DNA of 64,000 nucleotides, from contig JBCCXZ010000008.1 in assembly GCA_039190745.1 (NCBI GenBank), positions 20,937-84,936 of the forward strand, in the 5' to 3' direction. Below are positions 20,725 through 30,232 of the stretch, in pieces (positions within the stretch are counted from its first letter, which is position 1; the number at the start of each line of letters is the position of its first letter). Made by a program: the position numbers and the translations under genes. Under the pieces are notes generated by a model, which searched no databases, was not told the origin of the DNA, and worked only from the letters and a program-made list of their open reading frames with translations. This stretch comes from Planctomycetota bacterium. GTDB lineage: Bacteria > Planctomycetota > Planctomycetia > Pirellulales > Lacipirellulaceae.

Positions 20725-22197
20725 TCAAGCCACCAGCTTCAGCGTGGTTCGTTCGCGGCCGTAGAGCAGGTCTCGCAACGTCTCGACCTCGCCGTCGGCC
20801 TGCTCGCCAAAACCGCCCGTGGGCGTTGAGGCGCTCCCGGCGATCACCACCACGTCGCCCGGCTCCGCTGCGGTGACGGCCATCGCAATCGCTTCGCCAC
20901 GGTCGGCAGCGACCTCCATGCACGAATCAGAATCCCGATTCTCAATGTCGATCCGGCGATTTCCCGCGGAGGTCAGGATCGCCAAATCAGACATCTTGTT
21001 CAGCACCTGACGGAACGCGGCGCCCTTTGAGCCCGGCCCGCTGGCCTCGGGGCCGGCGACGCAAATCACACGACCCTCGGCAAGTTGTTTCGCGGTCCGC
21101 AGACTGGCCCGGACGCCGTCCAGCGTCGAAGCCGAGTCGACGAATACCGGGAAGCCCTGACCGCAGTCCACCCGCTGCATCCGTCCGGGCAAGGCGTCGA
21201 CTGCTTCGATCCCCGCGGCGATGTCGTGGAGGTCGATGCCTAAGGCGAGAGCAGCTGTCGCGGCCGCCAGGCAGTTGTAGATGTGATGCGTCCCCACCAT
21301 GCCGGTGCGGACGGCTGCCGATTCCCTGCCGACCGTGAGCACAAAGTACTGCTCGCTCGAATGCTGCTCGAACAACTCGGCGGTTACCTCGGCGCCGTTG
21401 CGTATGCCGTAGGTCAGCGCCGGGCCGTGGTAGTCGCTGATCCAACGCATCGACTCGGCGTCGTCGGCGTTGAGCACGGCCAAGCCGTCACCTGAAAGGA
21501 GGTCGAGCAGACGCCGCTCGGCCTGCCGGTAGTTGCGCACCGACTGGTGCACCTCGAGGTGGGCCTGCGTGATGTTCGTCACGCACGCCACGCTGAGCTC
21601 GATGCCGGACCAGGCCGCCTGGCTCAGGCCGGGGCTGCTGATCTCGGCCACACCGTGGGTACAACCGGAAGACTCCATCGCCGCCAGTTTGGCCGCGAGC
21701 TCCATCGGGTCGGGCACGGCGGCGACGGGCCGGCCGTGAGTCATGCCGTCGTAGCTGCCAAGGCCGTTGAGCACGCCTGCGCTGCCGCCGGAGCGATCGA
21801 TGATCGACTGCAACAAGGCCGTTGTCGTGGTCTTGCCCTGCGTGCCGCCGACGCCAATGGTCGGGAGCCCGCGTGTCGGGTTTCCAACCAACGCCTGGCA
21901 CAGCGCTCCCAGAGCGGCCCGTGAGTCGGGCACGACATAAACCGGGCGGTGGAACACGGGCACCTGCTGCTCGCACACCACCGCCGACGCGCCGCGTGCA
22001 ATCGCACGGGTGGCGTCCGCGTGGCCGTCGTGCAAGCCGTCGTCAAGGGCGACGAAAGCATCGCCGGGCCGCACGGCCCGCCAGTCGGTCACGCACGCGG
22101 GGACACGAGCCCCAAGGGCGCCGGTCTTGCGTGTATTGGGGAAGAGGTCGTCGAGCGCAACGCCCAACGCTGGGTCTTGATCCACAGGATCAGCCAT
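20725..22197 (-). CDS. Divergent MurE-like Mur ligase family protein
   Basis: GTQGKTTT P-loop, EISS, TNITQAHLEVH, VLNADD, PGRMQ, GDVVVIAG; C-terminal substrate motifs altered. Confidence 0.8.
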   Translation of the reverse strand: MADPVDQDPALGVALDDLFPNTRKTGALGARVPACVTDWRAVRPGDAFVALDDGLHDGHADATRAIARGASAVVCEQQVPVFHRPVYVVPDSRAALGALCQALVGNPTRGLPTIGVGGTQGKTTTTALLQSIIDRSGGSAGVLNGLGSYDGMTHGRPVAAVPDPMELAAKLAAMESSGCTHGVAEISSPGLSQAAWSGIELSVACVTNITQAHLEVHQSVRNYRQAERRLLDLLSGDGLAVLNADDAESMRWISDYHGPALTYGIRNGAEVTAELFEQHSSEQYFVLTVGRESAAVRTGMVGTHHIYNCLAAATAALALGIDLHDIAAGIEAVDALPGRMQRVDCGQGFPVFVDSASTLDGVRASLRTAKQLAEGRVICVAGPEASGPGSKGAAFRQVLNKMSDLAILTSAGNRRIDIENRDSDSCMEVAADRGEAIAMAVTAAEPGDVVVIAGSASTPTGGFGEQADGEVETLRDLLYGRERTTLKLVA

Positions 22198-22499
22198 CCG
22201 CAAGCCTCCTTGCCTGCGTCGGAAAACCAATTCGAGCCAGCCAACAGACCAACCCGAAACAGCCTCCGAACTGGTTATGCGGCAGACATCCGTGCCCGCC
22301 GTTGTGCCGCAGCTGCTCGGGTCCGTGAGCGTTCTGGCGGCGTGTCCAAGCAGCCGGGAATTGCGGGCCGACAACTCGAACGCCCGGGATTATGGCGAAG
22401 GCTGAAATCGGGTCAAGACGAATTCCGTTGCCAGCACCCCGCCTGCGGAAACCGGCATCTGTGTGGACAGCGATTGCAGATTACCCAGACAATAACCGC

Positions 22500-23381
22500 A
22501 TGGATGCAGCAGCCATGGTTGACAGCCGAGTCCGACGATCGCACCCGGAACCCTCGAAGGTCGAGGCCTGGCTGGTCGGCCCTTGGCGACGGGGCGAGTT
22601 TCGCTGCGTGAGGCCGGAAGCCGCCCCGGGCGAACAGTGGTTCGAACTCGATCGCATCGAGGCGGCTGAAGACGCGATCGCGGCGGGTCAACTCCCACAA
22701 CCTTTGGTCTTGCTGCTGGCAGCGCCGCGACCGGACTGGACGACGCCCGCCATGCTAGAGAACTTACTCGCAAGGGCCCCGCTTACACGCACGGTAGTCG
22801 TCGCCGGCTCGTGGTGTGAGGGCGAACTACGCACCGGAAGAGCCTCCGCCGGCGTCCACCGCGTGTACTGGCACCAGTTCCCCGCTTGGTGGCGCCGCAG
22901 CAGGAGCCGGATCGAACAGGGCTTGCCTCCGCTGTGGTCGTACCCGCCCGGCATGCCCGTTAGCGAGTCGCTGTATCCTCCGACGGAAACGCGGTCTGTG
23001 CTCGTCTCGGCGCCTGACTACGCCGTGTTCCAAACACTGCGCGACACGCTCGCCCCCCAAGGGCTGTCCTGTGAATGGCAACAGTCGCCGACAAACCGGC
23101 GGCCCGACAGCGACCACTCTCCCTATACTGCCACTGCCGAAACCTATGCCGCGGGCATCGTCGACGGCGGCCAACTCGACGCCCGCGACTCGCAACGCCT
23201 AAAGCATGCCCGGCAGATCCTCGGCGCAGCGGCCCCGGTCACGCTGTTGCTCGACTACCCCCGCGCCGAGCACCTGGCTCGATCCGCGGAAGCAGGCGCT
23301 ACCACGGTGCTCGGCAAGCCCTATGGACTGGACGACCTTATCGACTCCCTGCAGGTCACCACGCCTCCCCGAGCAAAGTAA
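22500..23381 (+). CDS. Hypothetical protein with receiver-like C-terminus
   Basis: Open frame; GSWCEGELRTG; C-terminal AGATTVLGKPYGLDDL resembles the end of a receiver domain. Start uncertain (could be 22392). Confidence 0.6.
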   Translation: MDAAAMVDSRVRRSHPEPSKVEAWLVGPWRRGEFRCVRPEAAPGEQWFELDRIEAAEDAIAAGQLPQPLVLLLAAPRPDWTTPAMLENLLARAPLTRTVVVAGSWCEGELRTGRASAGVHRVYWHQFPAWWRRSRSRIEQGLPPLWSYPPGMPVSESLYPPTETRSVLVSAPDYAVFQTLRDTLAPQGLSCEWQQSPTNRRPDSDHSPYTATAETYAAGIVDGGQLDARDSQRLKHARQILGAAAPVTLLLDYPRAEHLARSAEAGATTVLGKPYGLDDLIDSLQVTTPPRAK

Positions 23382-24111
23382 GGAGGATCTCCCGCTCCCA
23401 GCCCGGCTCGTGAACCGGCCAGCACCGCACCGAAGCAACGCCCGAGGGCAGCCCGAGCGCGTCGATCTCCACCGCCTCACCCAAAGAGCGGCAGCGACGC
23501 CAGCAACGCTCTTCGGCGTCGGCGAGCCGCGGCGGCCGCCCCCAACCGCCGCCCGATCCCCCGCTCCCTCGTCGCCAAGTGACTCGTCCGCCGTCGAACA
23601 GGGTCACGATCGCCGCCGGCCCCGCCAGCAGCATCTGCCGGGCGATCAACTCGTGACTCGCGGTCGCGTACCGGCGTTTCAGCCAAGCCAAGTCCCAGCC
23701 GCACCGCCGGCCGTCGGGAACAAACCACTCCGGCGGAAGCAGCAGCAAGCCCGCCAAGCGATTCGCGACCCACTCCCGGGCGTCGGCGGCTTCCTCTCGC
23801 GGCGCAGCGCCGAGCAGATCAAACACCCGCTCGGCAAACACCTCACCCAGTTCGTGTGCCACTGCCCATTGCCGCCGCTCGGGGCGGGGTTCTTCTGCCA
23901 ACAGGATCGTCTCGCCCCCGGGGCGACCGCCCATCGCCACGCGCTGGGCCCGCGGCGAGGCGTCCCTCCCCTGGACGACCGCGATCCCGAGCTTCTTCGC
24001 CAGGGCAAAGGAGTCGACCGGCGGAGCCACTGCGCCGGCTTCGGCGAGCACCTCGGCGGCGCACGCCTCGCAAGCGGCGGCGATCTGCTCTGGCGGGTAG
24101 TCGGTGAACAT
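23356..24111 (-). CDS. ImmA/IrrE (DUF955)-like metallopeptidase family protein
   Basis: APPVD, RPERRQWAVAHELGE, EWVANRLAGLLLLP. Confidence 0.8.
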   Translation of the reverse strand: MFTDYPPEQIAAACEACAAEVLAEAGAVAPPVDSFALAKKLGIAVVQGRDASPRAQRVAMGGRPGGETILLAEEPRPERRQWAVAHELGEVFAERVFDLLGAAPREEAADAREWVANRLAGLLLLPPEWFVPDGRRCGWDLAWLKRRYATASHELIARQMLLAGPAAIVTLFDGGRVTWRRGSGGSGGGWGRPPRLADAEERCWRRCRSLGEAVEIDALGLPSGVASVRCWPVHEPGWEREILLTLLGEAW

Positions 24112-24323
24112 CGTGCCTCACCAAATCCAAATAGTGTACATGCGTACCTTAATTGCGATGCGGCCGCTCGGCAACCCTTTCTTGGCCGCGTTTTCCGCGA
24201 CTGGCGCCACTCCCCTCCTGCAAACACCGCCGCACTTCCCCGCTTAACGCCGGCGGCGCCGCGGCATAGAATGCGGGACTGCCCAAACACGCCTCCCAAA
24301 GACCAACAGAAGCAAACCCGCCG

Positions 24324-25703
24324 ATGAGCCAGCAGCTCGCCCAGCCCCAGCTCGACGAACCCAAAGGTCGTTACGCCTTCGTCAGCCTCGGCTGCCCCAA
24401 GAACCTTGTGGACAGCGAGCGGATGCTCGGGCTGCTGCAGATCGACGGCTACCAGCTCGTCGACGACCCGCGCAACGCCGACTTCGCCGTGGTCAACACC
24501 TGCGGCTTCATCGAGCAGGCCCGGGCCGAGTCGTTCTCCGTCATCGACGAGATGCTCGAGCTCAAGCGGGGCGGCGACCTCCGCGGCGTTATCGTCAGCG
24601 GCTGCTTGGCCGAACGCCAGAAGGAGTCGCTCCTCGAAGATCGGCCCGACATCGACCACCTCGTCGGCGTCTTCGGCCGCGAAGAAATCACCAAAGTCGC
24701 CGACCGACTCATCGGCCGGCTCGAAGAGCAGCGGACCGTCTTCCAGCCCGCACCGATCAACCCCCTGCCCGACCGCTCGCGGCTCCGCGTGACGCCGAAG
24801 CACTTCGCCTACCTGAAGATCTCCGAGGGCTGCGACCGGCTCTGCACGTTCTGCGCAATCCCCGGAATGCGCGGCAAGCACTTCAGCAAGCCGATCGAAG
24901 AAGTCGTCGCAGAGGCCGCGGAACTCGCCGCCGACGGCGTCCGCGAGCTGGTGATCGTCGCACAGGACACCACCTACTACGGCATCGACCGCTACGGCGA
25001 GCCCCGCCTCGCAGAGCTGCTCCGCAAGCTGGAGGACGTCCCCGGCCTCGACTGGGCCCGGCTGATGTACTTCTACCCCATGTACATCTCCGACGAGTTG
25101 CTCGAAGTGATCGGCGGCTCGTCGCGGATCGTCCCCTACATCGACATGCCGCTGCAGCACGCCAACGACACGATGCTCAAGCGGATGCAACGCCGCGTGA
25201 ACCGCGCCGACACCGAAGACCTGCTCCACCGCATGCGCGAGGCGATCCCCGACCTCGTGCTCCGTACGACATTCATCACCGGCTTCCCCGGCGAGACCGA
25301 CGCCCAGTTCGACGAGCTCGAGCAGTTTGTCCGCGACCATCGGTTCGAGCGTATGGGCGCGTTCACTTACTCGATCGAGCCCGGCACGCCGGCCGTGAAG
25401 CTGCCCGACCACCTGCCGGACGAAGTCAAAGAAGAACGCCGCGATCGGCTCATGGCCGTCCAGCAAGAGATCGCCTTCGAGTGGAACGACCGCCAAGCGG
25501 GCCGGCGCCTGCCGGTGCTGATCGACGGCCCCGTCCCCGAGCAACCCGGCGCCTGGATCGGCCGCACCTTCGCCGACGCCCCGGACGTCGACGGCTTGGT
25601 GTACGTCTCCACTGCGGAAAAGGCCGAGCTTGTGCCCGGCGAGTTCGTCGAGTGCGAGATCGTCGGCAGCCAAGGGTACGACCTCATCGCCGCCGCGGTC
25701 TGA
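24324..25703 (+). CDS. rimO: Ribosomal protein S12 methylthiotransferase
   Basis: [31 protein letters not shown] radical-SAM motif, C-terminal TRAM domain (APDVDG). Confidence 0.95.
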   Translation: MSQQLAQPQLDEPKGRYAFVSLGCPKNLVDSERMLGLLQIDGYQLVDDPRNADFAVVNTCGFIEQARAESFSVIDEMLELKRGGDLRGVIVSGCLAERQKESLLEDRPDIDHLVGVFGREEITKVADRLIGRLEEQRTVFQPAPINPLPDRSRLRVTPKHFAYLKISEGCDRLCTFCAIPGMRGKHFSKPIEEVVAEAAELAADGVRELVIVAQDTTYYGIDRYGEPRLAELLRKLEDVPGLDWARLMYFYPMYISDELLEVIGGSSRIVPYIDMPLQHANDTMLKRMQRRVNRADTEDLLHRMREAIPDLVLRTTFITGFPGETDAQFDELEQFVRDHRFERMGAFTYSIEPGTPAVKLPDHLPDEVKEERRDRLMAVQQEIAFEWNDRQAGRRLPVLIDGPVPEQPGAWIGRTFADAPDVDGLVYVSTAEKAELVPGEFVECEIVGSQGYDLIAAAV

Positions 25704-25736
25704 GCCATAGAAGATGCATACCGGCGGATTCCTTTT

Positions 25737-25799
25737 GTAGGAGGCCTCTCCGAGGCCGATTACGGTCAACTAGGCGAAGCGAAGTCGGCCCTCCCACAG
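25737..25799. repeat. GTAG-type REP-like doublet (second unit truncated)
   Basis: GTAGGAGGCCTCTCCGAGGCCGAT ... GTCGGCCCTCCCACAG; near-identical unit at 27607. Confidence 0.7.
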
Positions 25800-25814
25800 C
25801 GAGAACCAGCTTTC

Positions 25815-26453
25815 ATGAGTTCCTCTGATTCCACCGCCCCAGCGTCGGGCAAGCTGTGGAACGTCCCCAACCAGATCACCACCGCCCGCATCGCGCTGGC
25901 GCTGGTGATGTTCGCCGCGATGGCCTTCGGCTGGTACGGCTGGGCACTCGGCCTGTTTATCGTCGCCGCCGGCACCGACTGGATGGACGGCTATTGGGCA
26001 CGCAAATACAACCTCATCACCCAGCTCGGCCGCATCCTCGACCCCTTTGCCGACAAGCTCATCATCTGCGGCGCGTACACCTTCCTGGCAGCCGTCCCGC
26101 CGCTGGCCGACGGCACGCGGCCCTCGGGCGTCGCGGCGTGGATGGCCGTGGTTGTCCTCGGCCGTGAGTTGCTCGTGACCGCGCTCCGCAGCTTCATCGA
26201 GCAGCACGGCGGCGACTTCTCCGCCCGCTGGGTCGGCAAGTGGAAGATGGTGCTGCAATGCGCTGCGGTGGCGTGGAGCCTCTACGCCCTCACGCACCTC
26301 GCCCCCGGCGGCGACCGGTGGCAAACCGAGCCCGCCGCCTGGCTCACCACGGGCCTGCACGCCGTGGTCTGGTCTTCGGTGCTGCTGACGCTGTACTCCG
26401 GCGTAGAGTATGTTCGTGCAGGAGCCAAGGTGCTGCTCAAAGCACCAGACTAA
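25815..26453 (+). CDS. pgsA: CDP-diacylglycerol--glycerol-3-phosphate 3-phosphatidyltransferase
   Basis: NVPNQIT..RI, TDWMDGYWAR...GRILDPFADK, GKWKMVLQ. Confidence 0.9.
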   Translation: MSSSDSTAPASGKLWNVPNQITTARIALALVMFAAMAFGWYGWALGLFIVAAGTDWMDGYWARKYNLITQLGRILDPFADKLIICGAYTFLAAVPPLADGTRPSGVAAWMAVVVLGRELLVTALRSFIEQHGGDFSARWVGKWKMVLQCAAVAWSLYALTHLAPGGDRWQTEPAAWLTTGLHAVVWSSVLLTLYSGVEYVRAGAKVLLKAPD

Positions 26454-26528
26454 TAACCCTGCAAGACAACTGTGAGTTACTCAACCACCAAAAAAGACGA
26501 GGCAAGCAAAGCAAGTCAAAGAAGGATC

Positions 26529-26593
26529 GGAACACTAATCTCCGCTAATCCTCACTAATCTGATTAGCGGTCATTAGCGACGATTAGTGTTCC
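26529..26593. repeat. 65-bp palindrome made of 3+3 ten-bp CTAATC/GATTAG units
   Basis: GG AACACTAATC TCCGCTAATC CTCACTAATC TGATTAGCGG TCATTAGCGA CGATTAGTGT TCC. Confidence 0.85.
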
Positions 26594-26635
26594 TAAGATT
26601 TCTTTCTTATCTTGGTGGATCACTTACGGAGTAGC

Positions 26636-27529
26636 ATGCCCGACGCACCCGTCTTGACCGTTCGCGTCCTCTACCTGGCTTGCGGCTGCGCCAGTCTGCT
26701 CGCGCTGTTCTGGCTCTTCCAGCGGCACATCGGCGGCTACCGGCTGCTGCGACCCGAGCCCCGCCGCCCCGTGCCGTGGGGCCCCGAGGCCGGGCTGCTC
26801 GTCGTCGGCTGGATGATGTTGATGTTCATCCCCAAGCTGCTCGGAAACGGCACCGGCTCCGAAGACTTCTCCGATGAGCAGTTCATCCGCACCGGCTGGG
26901 CCTCCGCCGCGGTGATGATCGCCCTCGCCCTCGGCGGGCTCGCCGCGCTCGGCCCCGTCTACGGGGCCACGCGGCGCGACCTCGGCCTCCCCGGCAACAC
27001 GGCAGAAACCGCACGCGACCTGTGGATCGGCTTGGTCGGCTGCCTCGCCGCGCTGCTGCCGGTCTACGGCGTCCTTATCACGCTGAAGCTCGCGTTCCAA
27101 CCCGAAGAGGCCCATCCGCTGCTCGAGCGGCTCGCCACGCAGTCGTCGCCGGGCCTGTTCCTCATGGCCTACGTCACCGCAGTGATCGCGGCGCCGCTCT
27201 TCGAGGAATTCACCTTCCGACTCATCTTGCAGGGTTGGCTAGAAAAGCACTTCGCCGGCCGAGGCGTATCCCCAGTCGAGGGAGAACCCGCCGAGGACGC
27301 CGCCGCGCCCGCCACGTACATCCCCCAGAGCTGGGCGCCGATCGTGGTCTCCAGCACCCTGTTCGGCCTGGCCCACTACGGCCACGGCGCCGACCCCGTG
27401 CCGCTGATCCTCTTCGGCGTGGTTCTCGGCTACCTCTACGAACGCACGCACCGCATCCTGCCGTGCATCTTCGCCCACCTCGTCTTCAACGGCATCTCAC
27501 TCGCGGCGCTGTGGTCGCGGATTGCGTGA
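26636..27529 (+). CDS. CPBP (Abi/CAAX) intramembrane glutamic endopeptidase
   Basis: APLFEEFTFR, FGLAH, AHLVFN; multiple TM helices. Confidence 0.9.
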   Translation: MPDAPVLTVRVLYLACGCASLLALFWLFQRHIGGYRLLRPEPRRPVPWGPEAGLLVVGWMMLMFIPKLLGNGTGSEDFSDEQFIRTGWASAAVMIALALGGLAALGPVYGATRRDLGLPGNTAETARDLWIGLVGCLAALLPVYGVLITLKLAFQPEEAHPLLERLATQSSPGLFLMAYVTAVIAAPLFEEFTFRLILQGWLEKHFAGRGVSPVEGEPAEDAAAPATYIPQSWAPIVVSSTLFGLAHYGHGADPVPLILFGVVLGYLYERTHRILPCIFAHLVFNGISLAALWSRIA

Positions 27530-27545
27530 GCGTCGGTATGAAAAT

Positions 27546-27722
27546 CGCAGAGGACGCACAGTGCACAGAGACAAACAATGCACAGAGACAAATAGGAGAG
27601 AGATATCTGTGAGAGGCCTCTCCGAGGCCGATAACGTGTTCCTCTTCGGAGCGAAATCGGGCTCAGAGAACCCTCCTACAGAATTCTCTAGCTCTCTCTG
27701 CGACCTCCGCGCCCTCTGCGGT
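27546..27722. repeat. Inverted 3x9-bp tandem-repeat arms enclosing a GTAG-type REP-like doublet (27607-27681)
   Basis: CGCAGAGGA CGCACAGTG CACAGAGAC ... CTCTGCGAC CTCCGCGCC CTCTGCGGT; inner CTGTGAGAGGCCTCTCCGAGGCCGAT...ATCGGGCTCAGAGAACCCTCCTACAG. Confidence 0.75.
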
Positions 27723-27732
27723 GAATCCTGAT

Positions 27733-29202
27733 CTAAACCGCCACGGTGACGGTCTTCGTCTCCAGGTAAGCCTCCAGCCCGGCTTCGCCCAGTTCGCGGC
27801 CGATGCCGCTCTGCTTGAAGCCACCGAAGGGCGCCGCCGCGTCGAACACGTCGTAGCAGTTCACCCACACCGTGCCCGCCCGCACCTTGCTCGCGAAGCG
27901 GTGCGCCTTCGCCACGTCCTTCGTCCACACCGCCGCGGCCAGGCCGAAATTGGTGTCGTTCGCCCGGGCGGCGATATCGTCGACGTCGTCGAACTTCAGC
28001 ACGCTCATCACCGGGCCGAAGATCTCCTCGCGGGCGATCCGCATGTCGTCGGTCACATCGGCGAACAGCGTCGGCTCGACAAAGTAGCCGCGGTCGCCAT
28101 GCCGCTCGCCGCCGGAGAGCATCCGGGCGCCGTCCTGCTTGCCGTACTCCACGTAGGACAGGATCTTCTCGAACTGCGCCCGGTCGACCTGCGGGCCCTG
28201 CTGCGTCTCGGGGTCGAACGGGTCGCCCACGCGGGTCTGGCCGTTCTTGTCGGCGAGCCGCTCGCACACCTCGTCGTACACGCTGGACTGAACGAACAAC
28301 CGGCTCCCGGCACAGCAGCACTGCCCCTGGTTGAAGTAGAGCCCGAAGTGGGCGCCGTCGACCGCCTGCTCCATGTCGGCGTCGGCGAAGATCACGTTCG
28401 GGCTCTTGCCGCCCAGTTCGAAGGTGAGCCGCTTAGTGGTCTCGGCCGCCGCACGCTGGATGATCTTCGCCGTCGTGCCCTCGCCGGTGAAGGCGATCTT
28501 GTCCACGCCCGGGTGCTCCACCAGCGCCGCGCCGGCGGTCGGCCCGTAGCCGGGGACGACATTGATCACCCCGTCGGGGATGCCCGCCTCTTGGGCCAGC
28601 TTCGCCATCCGCAGGCAGCTGAGCGGCGTCTGCTCGGCGGGCTTCATCACGATCGTGCAGCCGGTGGCCAGCGCCGGCCCCCACTTCCACGCGGCCATCA
28701 GAGCCGGGAAGTTCCACGGGATGATCTGCCCCACCACGCCCACCGGCTCACGCCGCGTGTAGCAGAAGTAGTCGCCCCGCAGCGGGATCGTGTCGCCCTG
28801 AATCTTGTCCGCCCACCCGGCGTAGTAGCGGATGCAGTCGATCACCAGCGGGATGTCGGCGTTGCGCGAGTCGTTGATCGGCTTGCCGTTGTCTAGCGTC
28901 TCGAGCGCCGCGAGGTTCTCCGCGTCCTTCTCCAAGAGGTCGGCCAGTTGGTACATCAGCCGGCCCCGGTCGCGGGGGTTCATCTTCGACCACTCGCCGC
29001 CGTCGAACTGCGACCGCGCCGCGTCGACCGCCAACGCAACGTCCGCCGCGTCCCCCTCGGCCACTTCGGCGACCACCTCCTCGGTGGCCGGGTGGATGGT
29101 CTCAAACGTCTTGCCGCTGGCCGAGGAAACCCACTTGCCGCCGATAAAGCACTCGGTCTGCTCGACCTTCGGCCGCGCAACGGTTTGTTCGATCGTCGCC
29201 AT
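27733..29202 (-). CDS. NAD-dependent aldehyde dehydrogenase (ALDH1/2-like)
   Basis: [47 protein letters not shown]. Confidence 0.95.
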   Translation of the reverse strand: MATIEQTVARPKVEQTECFIGGKWVSSASGKTFETIHPATEEVVAEVAEGDAADVALAVDAARSQFDGGEWSKMNPRDRGRLMYQLADLLEKDAENLAALETLDNGKPINDSRNADIPLVIDCIRYYAGWADKIQGDTIPLRGDYFCYTRREPVGVVGQIIPWNFPALMAAWKWGPALATGCTIVMKPAEQTPLSCLRMAKLAQEAGIPDGVINVVPGYGPTAGAALVEHPGVDKIAFTGEGTTAKIIQRAAAETTKRLTFELGGKSPNVIFADADMEQAVDGAHFGLYFNQGQCCCAGSRLFVQSSVYDEVCERLADKNGQTRVGDPFDPETQQGPQVDRAQFEKILSYVEYGKQDGARMLSGGERHGDRGYFVEPTLFADVTDDMRIAREEIFGPVMSVLKFDDVDDIAARANDTNFGLAAAVWTKDVAKAHRFASKVRAGTVWVNCYDVFDAAAPFGGFKQSGIGRELGEAGLEAYLETKTVTVAV

Positions 29203-29399
29203 AGAAATCGCCCTCCGGGGGAAAACGCTTAGTTTATTGAGTTGGAAAACGCAGGCCCGCTGGCTGCGTCAGAGGAGTTACGCCGCAACCCAAGAATCTA
29301 CCACTATCCTCACGAGACAAGCTAGGCCGGGCAAGAAGGTCAGCCTAAGGCTTAGGCGGGGCAGCTGTGCTCTTACCGAGCCGTGTGCGCTCGCAAAGC

Positions 29400-30224
29400 T
29401 CAATCTAGTAGCACCTCGCTCACCGACGCCTCGATCCCCGTACAAATCCCCTCCAGGTCGACGTGGTCTTCCTCCACGCCGAAGGGCTCCTCGACGTACT
29501 GCGCAATGCCCTCGCCCGCGACGACAAAGTAGGCCAACAGCATCGAGATCGGCACCGCGAACCAGCCGAAGTCGTCGTCCAATCCCCAGGGCAGCACCAG
29601 CAGGTACGCGATCACGCAGTGCTGCACGAACCGCCGCCACGAGACGCTCATCAGCGTGTTCTTGATCCGTTCGCACGCGCCCGCCACTTCAAGCAGCTCG
29701 CGGGCCTCCGAGTCGAGCACCCAGAGCTGCCCGTCGGTCAACCGGCCCTGCGACCGCCACGACGCGAACTCCGCGTAGATGTGCCGCACGACGAAACTTG
29801 GCAAGTGCTTGGGCGGTCGCTTGGTCTCTTCGAAGCCGGGTAGCACGGTCACGTCTGGCTGATTGCGCAGGTGGTCTTTCAGCCCGTAGCAGAACGCCAC
29901 GATTAAGTCGCGCACCCGGCTTCGCTCCGCTTCGTCGAGCTCGTGCAGCTCGCGCGCCTTCACGGCCAGATTGCGGCTCACGTTCACCAGCTTGCCCCAC
30001 AGCGTGCGGGCCTCCCACCAGCGTTCGTAGGCCCGGTTCACGCGGAACACCACAATGAGCGTGATCGCGAACGCCAGCCCCGCGTCGATGCCCGCCGGGA
30101 TGTCCGGCACGCGCGAGCCGACCGCTTCGTCGACCAGCACAACCAGCGCGCTGTACACGCCGGCCGCCAGGGCCCACACCCACACCCGCCGCAGGGGCAC
30201 CGTCACCGCGAAGCTCTTGGCCAA
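29400..30224 (-). CDS. Bestrophin family ion channel (YneE-like)
   Basis: FRVNRAYERWWEARTLWG, GACERIKNT, VEEPFG; TTG start inferred. Confidence 0.9.
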   Translation of the reverse strand: MAKSFAVTVPLRRVWVWALAAGVYSALVVLVDEAVGSRVPDIPAGIDAGLAFAITLIVVFRVNRAYERWWEARTLWGKLVNVSRNLAVKARELHELDEAERSRVRDLIVAFCYGLKDHLRNQPDVTVLPGFEETKRPPKHLPSFVVRHIYAEFASWRSQGRLTDGQLWVLDSEARELLEVAGACERIKNTLMSVSWRRFVQHCVIAYLLVLPWGLDDDFGWFAVPISMLLAYFVVAGEGIAQYVEEPFGVEEDHVDLEGICTGIEASVSEVLLD

Positions 30225-30232
30225 CCGACCGC

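Noticed and set aside
23356..24111. Prophage or ICE inferred from the ImmA/IrrE-like gene
   Set aside because: No integrase, repressor, phage genes or att sites nearby.
26529..27722. CRISPR array
   Set aside because: Repeat units are 9-10 bp, contiguous and inverted, with no unique spacers; no cas genes.
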